Origin: a virus
Taxonomy: Duplodnaviria > Caudoviricetes
Reading direction: 5' to 3' (one strand)
IMG/VR virus record: IMGVR_UViG_3300050343_000001
Location: 1 to 59,555 of that record
Length of the DNA: 59,555 nt
In this document: positions 37,916 to 46,834 of the stretch, one piece after another
Layout of the letters: every line of letters starts with the position of its first letter
Numbering within the stretch: position 1 is the stretch's first letter
Notes under the pieces: model-generated
The model's input: only the letters and a program-made list of their open reading frames with translations
What the model was told of the DNA's origin: nothing
Database searches by the model: none
Translations under genes and position numbers: made by a program

Positions 37916-38344
37916 TTACCGCGAACTACGCTCAGGTTTAAGCATAGGCATCCGCGGGTCAGACTCACGCATGTAGTTTCTATCGACAGCCTCAGCCTGA
38001 TTTTGTGCAGACTCAAGTTGACCATGAATACGATCATCTCTTAGTTCGGTCGGGATAGCGCAAAGCAATAACCCACCAACTTCGATATTGTCTTTAAATC
38101 GAGAATCAATATCTGACATGATGTGTAGCTCAGGATAATCCACTGCCTTTACGGGCACATAGCCATCACGAAACCTCCCAGAGACATTTGTCATATCTGC
38201 GTTACCCAATGTAGATGTGCGAATCCAGCGAAACGAAAGTCCGTCTCGTGGTTCGGGGGTAGGTAGCATTGACGAGCGCTTCCAAGGTTTACGACGTTCT
38301 CCCGCTTCGCGGGTTTCGGTTGTACGTGGTTTTCTATCAGCCAT
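37916..38344 (-). CDS. Head-module hypothetical protein
   Basis: FRWIR...GY.PV...VGGLLLC. Confidence 0.65.
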   Translation of the reverse strand: MADRKPRTTETREAGERRKPWKRSSMLPTPEPRDGLSFRWIRTSTLGNADMTNVSGRFRDGYVPVKAVDYPELHIMSDIDSRFKDNIEVGGLLLCAIPTELRDDRIHGQLESAQNQAEAVDRNYMRESDPRMPMLKPERSSR

Positions 38345-39296
38345 TTTGCATATCCTTTAGCTTTTGCGCCGCATATTCTTTATTAGATAATCCAAGGCGC
38401 TTGGCGATTGCGGCCTCAGATGAGGTGATGACAACTTTATTGCGTGATGCGGCGGTACTTCTACCGCCCGGGGCCACCACGGAGCCAGCTTTACGTTGTG
38501 GTTGTCGAACCTCTGGTTCCACGTCCGCAAAGCGATCTGGGTATCGAGACCGCATGGCCTCGTTTATCTTACTATAGTACACATCTGACGTAGAATCAAC
38601 GCCTGTCTCTAATAGTTCTTCATGTATGAGCATAGCATACCTTGTCATGCCCGTGTCTTTCTGGAACCAATCGTTCTCAGCTACCCATTCCTGTGCCTTA
38701 CGATCTGGTACAGGAACACGAGGCGCTGCTTGCGGTGCTGGAGCTTGAGACTGGTCTTGTACAACCCTCTCTGCTGGTTTCCAGTTTTCTACACGATCAG
38801 CTTCAAGCTGTAGCTTAGACAATGACATTTGCGCTTCAAGCACAGCATCGGTGTCCCCAGCTTCATAAGCTTCTTTGTAGGCGCGTTTAGCACTATTAAG
38901 TTCTGATGCTACTCGTGCCTTGGCTTCATTAACCAATACACCTTCACCTTCAGAAAGATTTTTACGGAGACGCGCTGCTTCGTTCTTCTGCGATTCTGCA
39001 TACTGAACTGCCACTTCACGTTCGCGTTCAGCTTCTTCCTTACGACGACGTTCTTCGTGATACTCGAACTTTAGCTTCTTGATACGCTTCTGTACCGAGT
39101 CGCTGTGCTTCTCAAGCTCTTCGTCTTCTGGGATATCCGCCTCGGCATCAGCTGCCCTACGCGGGCGACCTTTGTCCTCTTCAGGAGTATCGTCAGCGAT
39201 TTCGACTTCAAAATCATCTTCACCTTCAACGTCTACTTCTAACGCTCCGGTCTCTACTACTGTGTCTTCAACGACTGTTTCTAATTCTTCACTCAT
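38337..39296 (-). CDS. Capsid scaffolding protein
   Basis: Acidic N-terminus, coiled coil, C-terminal AIAKRLGLSNKEYA; between portal and capsid. Confidence 0.7.
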   Translation of the reverse strand: MSEELETVVEDTVVETGALEVDVEGEDDFEVEIADDTPEEDKGRPRRAADAEADIPEDEELEKHSDSVQKRIKKLKFEYHEERRRKEEAEREREVAVQYAESQKNEAARLRKNLSEGEGVLVNEAKARVASELNSAKRAYKEAYEAGDTDAVLEAQMSLSKLQLEADRVENWKPAERVVQDQSQAPAPQAAPRVPVPDRKAQEWVAENDWFQKDTGMTRYAMLIHEELLETGVDSTSDVYYSKINEAMRSRYPDRFADVEPEVRQPQRKAGSVVAPGGRSTAASRNKVVITSSEAAIAKRLGLSNKEYAAQKLKDMQNG

Positions 39297-39661
39297 GCTC
39301 TACTGTACCCCCGTGGGTCTTCGACTACCGCTTCAACAGTATCGTCGTTGATAATACGGAACTCTTTGTTATGTAATTTAAAACGTGTACCTGAATACGA
39401 ACGGAAGATGATAAAATCACCTTTTTCGCACCAAGGTCCATTCGGGAACCGCTCTTTATCTGTATAGGCTTCTTCACCTATACTGATGACATATCCAATA
39501 ATGGTCGCGGTTTCTTCCATTTTGGTTAAAGAATCGGGCATATAAACACCGCCATCTGTCTTGCCTTCAAGTTCTGGTATTGCGATAAGCAGCTTATAAC
39601 CTTTCGGTTCGGGCAATTTTGCCAGTAGTTGCTTGTCGTCTACTTTGTCGGTAGCGTACAT
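39293..39661 (-). CDS. groES: Co-chaperonin GroES (Cpn10)-like protein
   Basis: P.GYKLLI, KTDGGVYMP mobile loop, GDFIIF..YSGT, RIINDD. Confidence 0.85.
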   Translation of the reverse strand: MYATDKVDDKQLLAKLPEPKGYKLLIAIPELEGKTDGGVYMPDSLTKMEETATIIGYVISIGEEAYTDKERFPNGPWCEKGDFIIFRSYSGTRFKLHNKEFRIINDDTVEAVVEDPRGYSRA

Positions 39662-39746
39662 CTTCGTCTCCTGCAGTGATTAAAGGCTCACAGCGCCCTT
39701 TGCATGGATTATTCCACGTTATGTCATATATGTACACGTATGATAT

Positions 39747-39935
39747 CTAATCTTCAATATACCTTTGTTCAATATCTTTAACATCATTACGTATAATAGT
39801 TAATGCTTCATACTTCCCTACTAGCTTCCAGTAGGTCTCTTGGTCTTTAGCGCCGCCCTCTGCGAGATGTTCGGCGATAGATGTGCGACTTTCTTCAAGT
39901 CGGGTTAGTACATGGTGAAATACAGTATCAGCCAT
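39747..39935 (-). CDS. Hypothetical protein
   Basis: Overlaps portal stop; short helical protein. Confidence 0.6.
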   Translation of the reverse strand: MADTVFHHVLTRLEESRTSIAEHLAEGGAKDQETYWKLVGKYEALTIIRNDVKDIEQRYIED

Positions 39936-42360
39936 CTAAGTTCACTTTCTCTGCAATATCTAGGGCTAGGCGGGCTGCAGATTCTTTCTGGTCTGTTTCA
40001 AGCTCGGCCACCTTAACGCCGATACGTGCCGCCTCTTTCTCTTCCTCAGAGTCGATACGCGCTTGTTGTAGTCGGGCGTTCTCTTGTTTAGCCATAGCGT
40101 CGATGTTTACTTTCAGCTTGTCCATCTCGATCTTATGTTTCAGCTCAGTCTCTTTAATCATCAACTCACGCTGCTGTATTTGAGTAAGTGGGTCGGCTTG
40201 TTGTGCCGCTGCTTTCTCTGCAGACGCTTCAGCTTGGTCTTTCTTGAACAACTTCTCTGCGGCTTGTGCAGCTAGACGTGAAACTTGAAGTTCTACATCT
40301 TCTGGTAGCGGTGCCTCTGGGTCTGGTAGTTCTACACCCAACTGTTTCTGTATCTCCACACGGTACTGCAGGGCTACGTGTTCCGTAATATGGGACATCA
40401 TAGCAGACTGAATTGCGCTTGCGAACGGTGATTGTCCCACAATTTGCATGATCTTAGGGTCTTGCATCGCCATCATGTGTGTCTGGATGTGCGCTTCGTG
40501 GTCTTGGTAAGCGAAAGGTTTGACTGGTTCTTGTTTAAGAATAGCCATATTCTCCGTTACTGGGTCAGCAGGTTTAATATCATCTGGTAATTTAATGATG
40601 TCCTCCGCATCCTTGATGCCTAGAACCTCTAACATTTGGCGATGTAGTTTGCCCATGTCGTACATTTGAGGTGCTTGTTGCGCTAACTGTAGGGCTGCTT
40701 GGTACTGCATTATGCGCTGTGCCATTGTAGCTGCGTTAGGGTCAGATACCGGAATAACGTCCACCCGACCATCAAAGTCAGATATACGGTCTGCAGGTTC
40801 ATCCATCTCGTACGCATATTCAGCGGGCATGTAGTCATGTACGATCCCAGCTAAGATACGAAGCTCTTGTTTCATAGCTGCGTGTAAGCGAGCCTGAATA
40901 CCAGACATAACCTGCATAGAACGCTCCATAAGCGCCAGAGTTGTGCCTACAGGAGCTTGGGCGTTGATATCACCCACTTGTATGTCACCTACAGCTCCAA
41001 TACGTCTTCCCTCGTCTACGACGTTGCCTAAAAGACTGTAAAGTACGCTTGATGGCTCTTTATAAGGTAATGGAACAATCGCATCCTTAATAGTACCTGC
41101 CGGTACATCTACATCTCGGAACTCACCGGGCATGATGGGAGTGTTGTCCCCGGTGATACGCATGCCTCGGGCTTTAAAGCCTGCAGGGAGGTTAGACAGC
41201 GTACCTGCGTCAATAAGTTGGCGCATGATGGAGGTGGCAGACTTTGTAAGGCCACCAAGCGTATGTATAAGCCCTGTGCCGTAGAAGCCCATACCGGGCA
41301 AATACGGGTAGTGTACGACGTGCATACGTTTCTCACGTTTGCTATCGTCTTCGTACCAATTTCGGCGAATAGACAGGACGATGCTAGATGATTTATCAAC
41401 TGTCACTACGTAAGGTAGCGCAACGCCATCTATATCGTCAAAAGGTTCCGGCAAGTCTAAATCTACGTGCATCTCTAAGATAGTATGTCGTGGATCGTCA
41501 GAGAAAGTAGGTTCAGAACCTTCTAGCTCGTTGTATTTTTCTTCAATGTCAGTAACATCCCTAGTTGCTTCAGGGAGCTCAACATCACGATAGAACCCGT
41601 TAACCTGTAGCTTGAGTACTTCTTCAGGTGTCTTCTTCATAACGTGCGTAAACCGCGGGGCTGTACGTAAGTTAGACGCACCGTAGGACACTACGAGGTC
41701 TTCTGCAGGTACAAACTGGGATACAGGACGTTCTGTAATAGGATCGAAGTATATTTTCTTGAACGCAGAGCCCGCCATAGGTAATTTAAACAGCATCTGC
41801 TCCATTTCGTCACGATAGTCGGGCATTTTCTCAGTGATGAGGTAGTTAAGTTCAGTCTCGACACGTTGTGCCTGCTCAAACTTCTCAGTTGTTACTTTGC
41901 CTACAATCTTACTACGTACTGGGCCTGATGCTGGAAGAAGTTCCCCCATCGCTTGTGCTTGGAATTTAACCACTGCCTCGGTCATCATAGGGTGGTACAC
42001 GCCAGAAGCACCGTTCCACGGCTCCGTACGCTCCTCCACTTTCATCCCTAAAAGGTCCATACCCTTAATATAGGCACTAGCCCACTCACCACGAGACTCA
42101 CGATCAGATGAAAAATGTTCTATCAGTTCGTTTGCTATTTCTTCTAGTTCGTCATCCTCAATGTATTCGGCGAGGTTAGAGTCGTGAGAGACATCTTCGT
42201 CCATTTCAGGAGTGTCGCCAAACTCAATAACAACTGATCCATCGTCCATTTCGACTTCTACAGCCTCGGGGTCTTCTACTACGACCGTTAGATCGGGGGA
42301 TAAAGACTCCTCGGATGTTTCAAGGATATCACTAGGTTCCATAGGTTTTTCGACTGCCAT
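39928..42360 (-). CDS. Portal protein
   Basis: 810 aa after TerL; GSAFKKIY, RQLIDAGTLSN, PGEFRDVD; Gln-rich helical C-terminus. Confidence 0.85.
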   Translation of the reverse strand: MAVEKPMEPSDILETSEESLSPDLTVVVEDPEAVEVEMDDGSVVIEFGDTPEMDEDVSHDSNLAEYIEDDELEEIANELIEHFSSDRESRGEWASAYIKGMDLLGMKVEERTEPWNGASGVYHPMMTEAVVKFQAQAMGELLPASGPVRSKIVGKVTTEKFEQAQRVETELNYLITEKMPDYRDEMEQMLFKLPMAGSAFKKIYFDPITERPVSQFVPAEDLVVSYGASNLRTAPRFTHVMKKTPEEVLKLQVNGFYRDVELPEATRDVTDIEEKYNELEGSEPTFSDDPRHTILEMHVDLDLPEPFDDIDGVALPYVVTVDKSSSIVLSIRRNWYEDDSKREKRMHVVHYPYLPGMGFYGTGLIHTLGGLTKSATSIMRQLIDAGTLSNLPAGFKARGMRITGDNTPIMPGEFRDVDVPAGTIKDAIVPLPYKEPSSVLYSLLGNVVDEGRRIGAVGDIQVGDINAQAPVGTTLALMERSMQVMSGIQARLHAAMKQELRILAGIVHDYMPAEYAYEMDEPADRISDFDGRVDVIPVSDPNAATMAQRIMQYQAALQLAQQAPQMYDMGKLHRQMLEVLGIKDAEDIIKLPDDIKPADPVTENMAILKQEPVKPFAYQDHEAHIQTHMMAMQDPKIMQIVGQSPFASAIQSAMMSHITEHVALQYRVEIQKQLGVELPDPEAPLPEDVELQVSRLAAQAAEKLFKKDQAEASAEKAAAQQADPLTQIQQRELMIKETELKHKIEMDKLKVNIDAMAKQENARLQQARIDSEEEKEAARIGVKVAELETDQKESAARLALDIAEKVNLDG

Positions 42361-42539
42361 GTTTTTGCCTCACTCTGTGCGTTTGATGGCACTATAGCAG
42401 ATATAGTACCTAAATAGAAAGATATCTTCGTAGGGTGGAGACACAACGAACGAGGGAGAGCCGATGCGCAGTGTCCCCACGGACGCTACCAACGTCCTGT
42501 AGACAGCCATACTACACATGTACATGTATGTCATCCCCA

Positions 42540-44120
42540 TCAATAATACGCCGCCCTGCGATGTAAATACGAATCATCGTCTTCCATATCCGTAGGTAAG
42601 CGGATAAATCCACCCTGACGGAATCTTAGGAGAGCCATGACCGTGCTATCGACCAAGTCATCGTTCGACATGAACGGAAACCCAGCCACTTCTTCTACAA
42701 GCTCGTCCGCCCAGCGTGTCGCCGGTACCCAGACCATGCCTGAAGATATAATATCTGATACAGAGTTGAGCCTTGCCAGCTTATCACCAGTCCCCCGGTG
42801 GGGTGTATACTCGGTGACGGGCAGTCCCATGCGTCTCATCTCTTGATAAAGTGCAACTCCAGAGCTTTTCTTCTCCACAATGAACGCATCAGGGTCCCAA
42901 TGTCTGTAGTTTTCCATCGCCAACTCTTTGAGTTCGGGAAATTCTAGCCGTTCTTTTATGCTATCAAGTAAAATAATGTTGTGTGAGCCTGATTCTTCGT
43001 GAAAGAACACGCCCCAAGTGGTAAGTGCGGTGTAATCGGCCCTATTATGCTTCTCTGCGGCCGCATCTAAGGACATAATCACGTACTCAACGCTTGGCAT
43101 AGTGTCATTTTCCCATATATTCCACCATTCACGCTTAACAATCGACGCTTCTTCGGACGTGGGCTGCTGTTGATACTGCGAGTTCCACTGGAACGCAGGC
43201 ATCGAAGCCTTGGTTCGTTCTAACGCAGGGAGATCAAAGAACTCCGGCCACAAAGGTTTCTGTATTGGCTTACCATCTTTGTCCTCAGAGTCTAAAATAG
43301 CTGGAAACTCAACGATTTCGTACTGATCGGCCATCTCATTCTTGACCATATCGTTGGTTACACGCCCTGTCAGGTCGTCCATATGCCATCTAGTCTGCAC
43401 GATAGCTACACGCCCGCCGGGCATTAGCCTTGTTCGCGCTCCGAAGGTAAACCATTCGTAAGCTTTTTCAAAGACAGAAAAGTTCCCGTTGATAACATCT
43501 TGTTCAGAGTGTGGGTCGTCGACCAGCAATAGGTCAGCGCCACGCCCAGCCAAAGCAGAACCAATACCACACGCAAAATACTCTCCTCCAAAGTTTGTAT
43601 TCCATCTCCCCGCTGATTTACTGTCCACCGCAAGAGAAACCTCCGGGAATATGGACTTATAGTCGTCTAAGGCGATCAAATTACGGACTTTACGTCCAAA
43701 ATCCACCGCCAAGTCTGTGGTGTGCGACACCATCATTACTTTCTTATCAGGATTCCGCCCTAAAAACCAAGCGGGGTAAAATATTGACACGAGCTGCGAC
43801 TTACCATGACGCGGGGGTATGTTTACGCACACCCTGTCCTTACCATCCTTAGCTGTCGGCCCACGTTCAACGTCCATTAACATGTTTGCAAGTATGCGGT
43901 GATGCCTCCCAACCTTATAATCTGGCTGCATCCGCTTGCAAAACTCTATCAGATCGTCGTGCGCGGCCTTGTTTGTCTGCCGTGAGGACAATTCCCCCAC
44001 GATTGAGTCTATCTCGACCAGCTCTTCAGGACTAAACGAGTCTAGATTGTCCAATATGTGCTGGATATCCTCCGGAGAGAAATCCATATCTTTAGCTAAA
44101 CTAGCTAAATTGTCAGACAT
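42540..44120 (-). CDS. terL: Terminase large subunit
   Basis: PPRHGKS Walker A, LLVDDP Walker B, QTRWH, nuclease DAA...DLVDS. Confidence 0.92.
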   Translation of the reverse strand: MSDNLASLAKDMDFSPEDIQHILDNLDSFSPEELVEIDSIVGELSSRQTNKAAHDDLIEFCKRMQPDYKVGRHHRILANMLMDVERGPTAKDGKDRVCVNIPPRHGKSQLVSIFYPAWFLGRNPDKKVMMVSHTTDLAVDFGRKVRNLIALDDYKSIFPEVSLAVDSKSAGRWNTNFGGEYFACGIGSALAGRGADLLLVDDPHSEQDVINGNFSVFEKAYEWFTFGARTRLMPGGRVAIVQTRWHMDDLTGRVTNDMVKNEMADQYEIVEFPAILDSEDKDGKPIQKPLWPEFFDLPALERTKASMPAFQWNSQYQQQPTSEEASIVKREWWNIWENDTMPSVEYVIMSLDAAAEKHNRADYTALTTWGVFFHEESGSHNIILLDSIKERLEFPELKELAMENYRHWDPDAFIVEKKSSGVALYQEMRRMGLPVTEYTPHRGTGDKLARLNSVSDIISSGMVWVPATRWADELVEEVAGFPFMSNDDLVDSTVMALLRFRQGGFIRLPTDMEDDDSYLHRRAAYY

Positions 44121-44700
44121 CGAGCCCTAGCTCCTTATCTACGTCGATAACATCCCCATTTATTGTAATCGCGTCCTCAATCTCTTCAGGATTCACCAGT
44201 CGAGACAGCTTTTCGCGCAATTTGTCCTTCAGATCGTCCGATGTCTGGTGCGTTATAGTCACTTCAGACTTCTCAGCGAATAACCCAACGTCTGAGACCT
44301 TACCCAACAGCTCCAACGCACGTATTCGTATCCGCGGATCAGGGTTCTCGGTCTCTTCTATCAGTTTATTTGTAACTAGGTGGCGTACCTGCGTCGCACT
44401 TTTCACCACAGAGTGCCCAAAGTCCTTCAGGATTCTATCTGTCAGCAATAAAGTCGCGGGTGTCAGCTGGGCCACTCGTTTCGGCGTTGCAACTTTGGAT
44501 GTTTTGTGAGGGTTCTCAGCATAAGATACAGCTAAAGCCGCCGCATTATCCTTGTCTTCACTGGTTGCTTCGACCTCTAACCCGTTGGCATGCAGATACT
44601 CTACCGTCTTCGCAGCTGCAGACGTTTTGATCGCAAGGTCTTTCATGTCCGGAGCTTTGCGGGTCGGTACTCCGCGCTCAGGTTCAATATGTATAGTCAT
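44113..44700 (-). CDS. terS: Terminase small subunit (start reassigned to MTIHIE)
   Basis: Upstream of and overlapping terL; RIRALELLGK motif; GAGGG RBS. Confidence 0.65.
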   Translation of the reverse strand: MTIHIEPERGVPTRKAPDMKDLAIKTSAAAKTVEYLHANGLEVEATSEDKDNAAALAVSYAENPHKTSKVATPKRVAQLTPATLLLTDRILKDFGHSVVKSATQVRHLVTNKLIEETENPDPRIRIRALELLGKVSDVGLFAEKSEVTITHQTSDDLKDKLREKLSRLVNPEEIEDAITINGDVIDVDKELGLDV

Positions 44701-44720
44701 TTTTAGCCCTCGTTTGTGCA

Positions 44721-44749
44721 ACTATACAAAAAATTTTACAGCATTTCAA
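44721..44749 (-). promoter_or_regulatory. Sigma70-like promoter for the late arm
   Basis: On - strand TTGAAA-N17-TATAGT, 20 nt upstream of the terS ATG. Confidence 0.6.
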
Positions 44750-44961
44750 TCCAGTTTGATAGGAGACGTTTTTATATACGAGGGGGTGGGGTAACTTAGC
44801 GCGCCGAAAACGCTAGGTAGGGGGGTCTGTTTTGATACCCGTGACGATACTTTGTGGAGTCAGATTCGTTTTTGGAAAAACGTAAAATATTTGTGAATAA
44901 TAGTATTATATAGGCGCGCGGACAGGTAGCCGTACTGGGGGGTGGGGGGTAGGTGGGGTAT

Positions 44962-44976
44962 GTAGTTTAAAACTAC
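44962..44976. promoter_or_regulatory. GTAGT-N5-ACTAC operator-like palindrome
   Basis: GTAGTTTAAAACTAC upstream of the first early gene. Confidence 0.7.
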
Positions 44977-45081
44977 ACTCGCGATACTGTGACATAACAC
45001 ACACAAACAAGTATACTGGTGTTATCAAAAGCGAAACATGATGTGACGCTACGATAAAATATTCTATGAAAGGAATATAAA

Positions 45082-45690
45082 ATGACTAAAACTAAAACAA
45101 ACCAAAAGATCAATAAATCAAACGTGGTGTTAGGAGAAAAGTTTCTAACACTATTACAAGAGGATGGCGACGCGCAAACAGCTGGCAAGCTAAAGCGCGG
45201 CGAGCTTATAACTCAGGCCATGGACGATGGTATCGACTTTACAAGTAAGACAATGTCTAAAGAGCAAATAATAGAAGTTAAAGCTCTTATTGCTTTACGC
45301 CATCCTATAGCGGCTCAGGAATTACTAAAAATGGGCGCGGCAAAGGCAGATGGCGCAATCGCGGCAGACCATGATGGTAATCGTTTTACTAGCCAAGGTA
45401 GAGCCAAAAATTGGAACTACTGGAATAGTAGACAAAAAGACATCTTTAAGAAATTAGGTGAAGCGGTTGTTGCTCGCAATATCAAAAAGGCTCGTATCGC
45501 AGAAGGTGGCAACCAATCAAGAGGTCTAGTCGAGCGTCTTGCTACTGAATGTAACAAGCTTTTCAACGCGGTTGTTAGGGCAGACGTTGACACATTGCCA
45601 GATGATTTCGATACCTTGGAAGTAATTGCAGGTTTCAAGACCATCGCAAGAAATTCTGGATTTCAATTAGTAAAGAAATCTAAAAAGTAA
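45082..45690 (+). CDS. Hypothetical early protein
   Basis: AAGGA RBS, 202 aa. Confidence 0.75.
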   Translation: MTKTKTNQKINKSNVVLGEKFLTLLQEDGDAQTAGKLKRGELITQAMDDGIDFTSKTMSKEQIIEVKALIALRHPIAAQELLKMGAAKADGAIAADHDGNRFTSQGRAKNWNYWNSRQKDIFKKLGEAVVARNIKKARIAEGGNQSRGLVERLATECNKLFNAVVRADVDTLPDDFDTLEVIAGFKTIARNSGFQLVKKSKK

Positions 45691-45700
45691 AACTTAACTT

Positions 45701-45720
45701 GGAGCGGCCGCGGCCGCTCC
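45701..45720. repeat. Perfect 20-bp GC-rich palindrome
   Basis: GGAGCGGCCGCGGCCGCTCC. Confidence 0.85.
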
Positions 45721-45751
45721 TTACTAACATTCAAATACAGGAAACAAAACA

Positions 45752-46012
45752 ATGTTAAAAGAATTACCTTATACTGTCGGAGATCAAGACCTAATTGACG
45801 AAAGATGGCATTGGAACCGCATCGGTAAAGTAATGATCGGTGTTATGATCAAATGGGATGACGAAAAGTTTGATAGGTTTTTTAATGCAATCAAACCGCA
45901 ATTACCGCCAGACGAAGTCGAAGAAATTTTAAATCGTCGTGCATGGTATACTTCGTGCCATGATATATTAAAACAACCTAGCCAAATGTCTTTTACATTT
46001 ATGCCAAAATAA
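45752..46012 (+). CDS. Hypothetical early protein
   Basis: AGGA RBS; followed by terminator. Confidence 0.7.
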   Translation: MLKELPYTVGDQDLIDERWHWNRIGKVMIGVMIKWDDEKFDRFFNAIKPQLPPDEVEEILNRRAWYTSCHDILKQPSQMSFTFMPK

Positions 46013-46018
46013 CTACAC

Positions 46019-46049
46019 GCGCCGAGCCGAAAGGTTCGGCGCTTTTTTT
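46019..46049 (+). terminator. Rho-independent terminator
   Basis: GCGCCGAGCC-GAAA-GGTTCGGCGC-TTTTTTT. Confidence 0.9.
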
Positions 46050-46068
46050 GTGTCTTTTTTTGCGGAAG

Positions 46069-46297
46069 CCAGTTCTCTGAATAGCTTCGCGTCACAGAGC
46101 AATCGGCTTTGTTGCGATGCTTACTAAAACATGTAGTTACAAACTACACTGTGGAAACCAGTTCTCTGAGTAGCTTCGCGGATCATGTGTACTTCGTGTG
46201 TACATCTCCTCGTATGTTTATGTATGTTAACTCATCGGGCCCGTTACGTGTAGTTTTAAACTACGAGACGTATACCAGTTCTCTAAGTAGCTTCGCG
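46069..46297 (+). repeat. Three 23-bp direct repeats CCAGTTCTCTRARTAGCTTCGCG with a palindrome in each gap
   Basis: Copies at 46069, 46158, 46275; GTAGT-N5-ACTAC at 46133 and 46250. Confidence 0.9.
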
Positions 46298-46329
46298 GAG
46301 CAACATGTACGCAGATGCCTTGTTTTTAT

Positions 46330-46605
46330 AATGTTCCATTATAATGTTCCTAATGTTCCACAAGAAGTTCCATAATAGGCAAAAATAAGTCATTGATTTT
46401 ATTACAATGTTCCTAATGTTCCTAATGTTCCCTATAAAAAAATATAGCACTACGTACGCGACCCCCTCTATAATGAAAAATCAACGGAACATTTGGAACA
46501 TTGGAACATTCCAATGATTTCAAGGACTTACAGACACCCTAAATGGAACATTATAAAACCCGATTGGAACATTGTAATCATATCAATAACTTAGCACGGA
46601 ACATT
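46330..46605. repeat. Iteron-like array (6 AATGTTCC then 6 inverted GGAACATT) with IHF-consensus sites; putative origin
   Basis: Forward 46330, 46343, 46352, 46406, 46415, 46424; inverted 46486, 46495, 46503, 46545, 46566, 46598. Confidence 0.8.
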
Positions 46606-46691
46606 ACCTTTTAACCCTGTAGTTTAAAACTACGTCACACAACCTCGCAATACCTGACGATACCTGACACAACAGGACACGCTCAGAAAGC

Positions 46692-46720
46692 TTGACATTG
46701 GCCGTATACTATGGTATAGT
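46692..46720 (+). promoter_or_regulatory. Near-consensus sigma70 early promoter flanked by palindromes at 46619 and 46783
   Basis: TTGACA-N17-TATAGT with extended -10 TG. Confidence 0.85.
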
Positions 46721-46834
46721 AGTATATGTTCTGGAGTGATAGTCAACATATCGGCTCTCTCTTCAGACTGTATCTACTTCGTGTAGTTACTAACTACTAA
46801 TCAAAACTAACTAATCAAACCAATGGAGATTATC

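Noticed and set aside
42425-42505. tRNA gene
   Set aside because: No cloverleaf, T-loop or anticodon arm; retained only as a structured-RNA candidate.
46069-46297. CRISPR mini-array
   Set aside because: The gaps are long and unequal (66 and 94 nt), both contain the same palindrome, and no cas operon is present. Kept as an unexplained repeat.
46109-46375. 88-aa ORF
   Set aside because: It only translates the repeat elements, starts at TTG and has no clear RBS.
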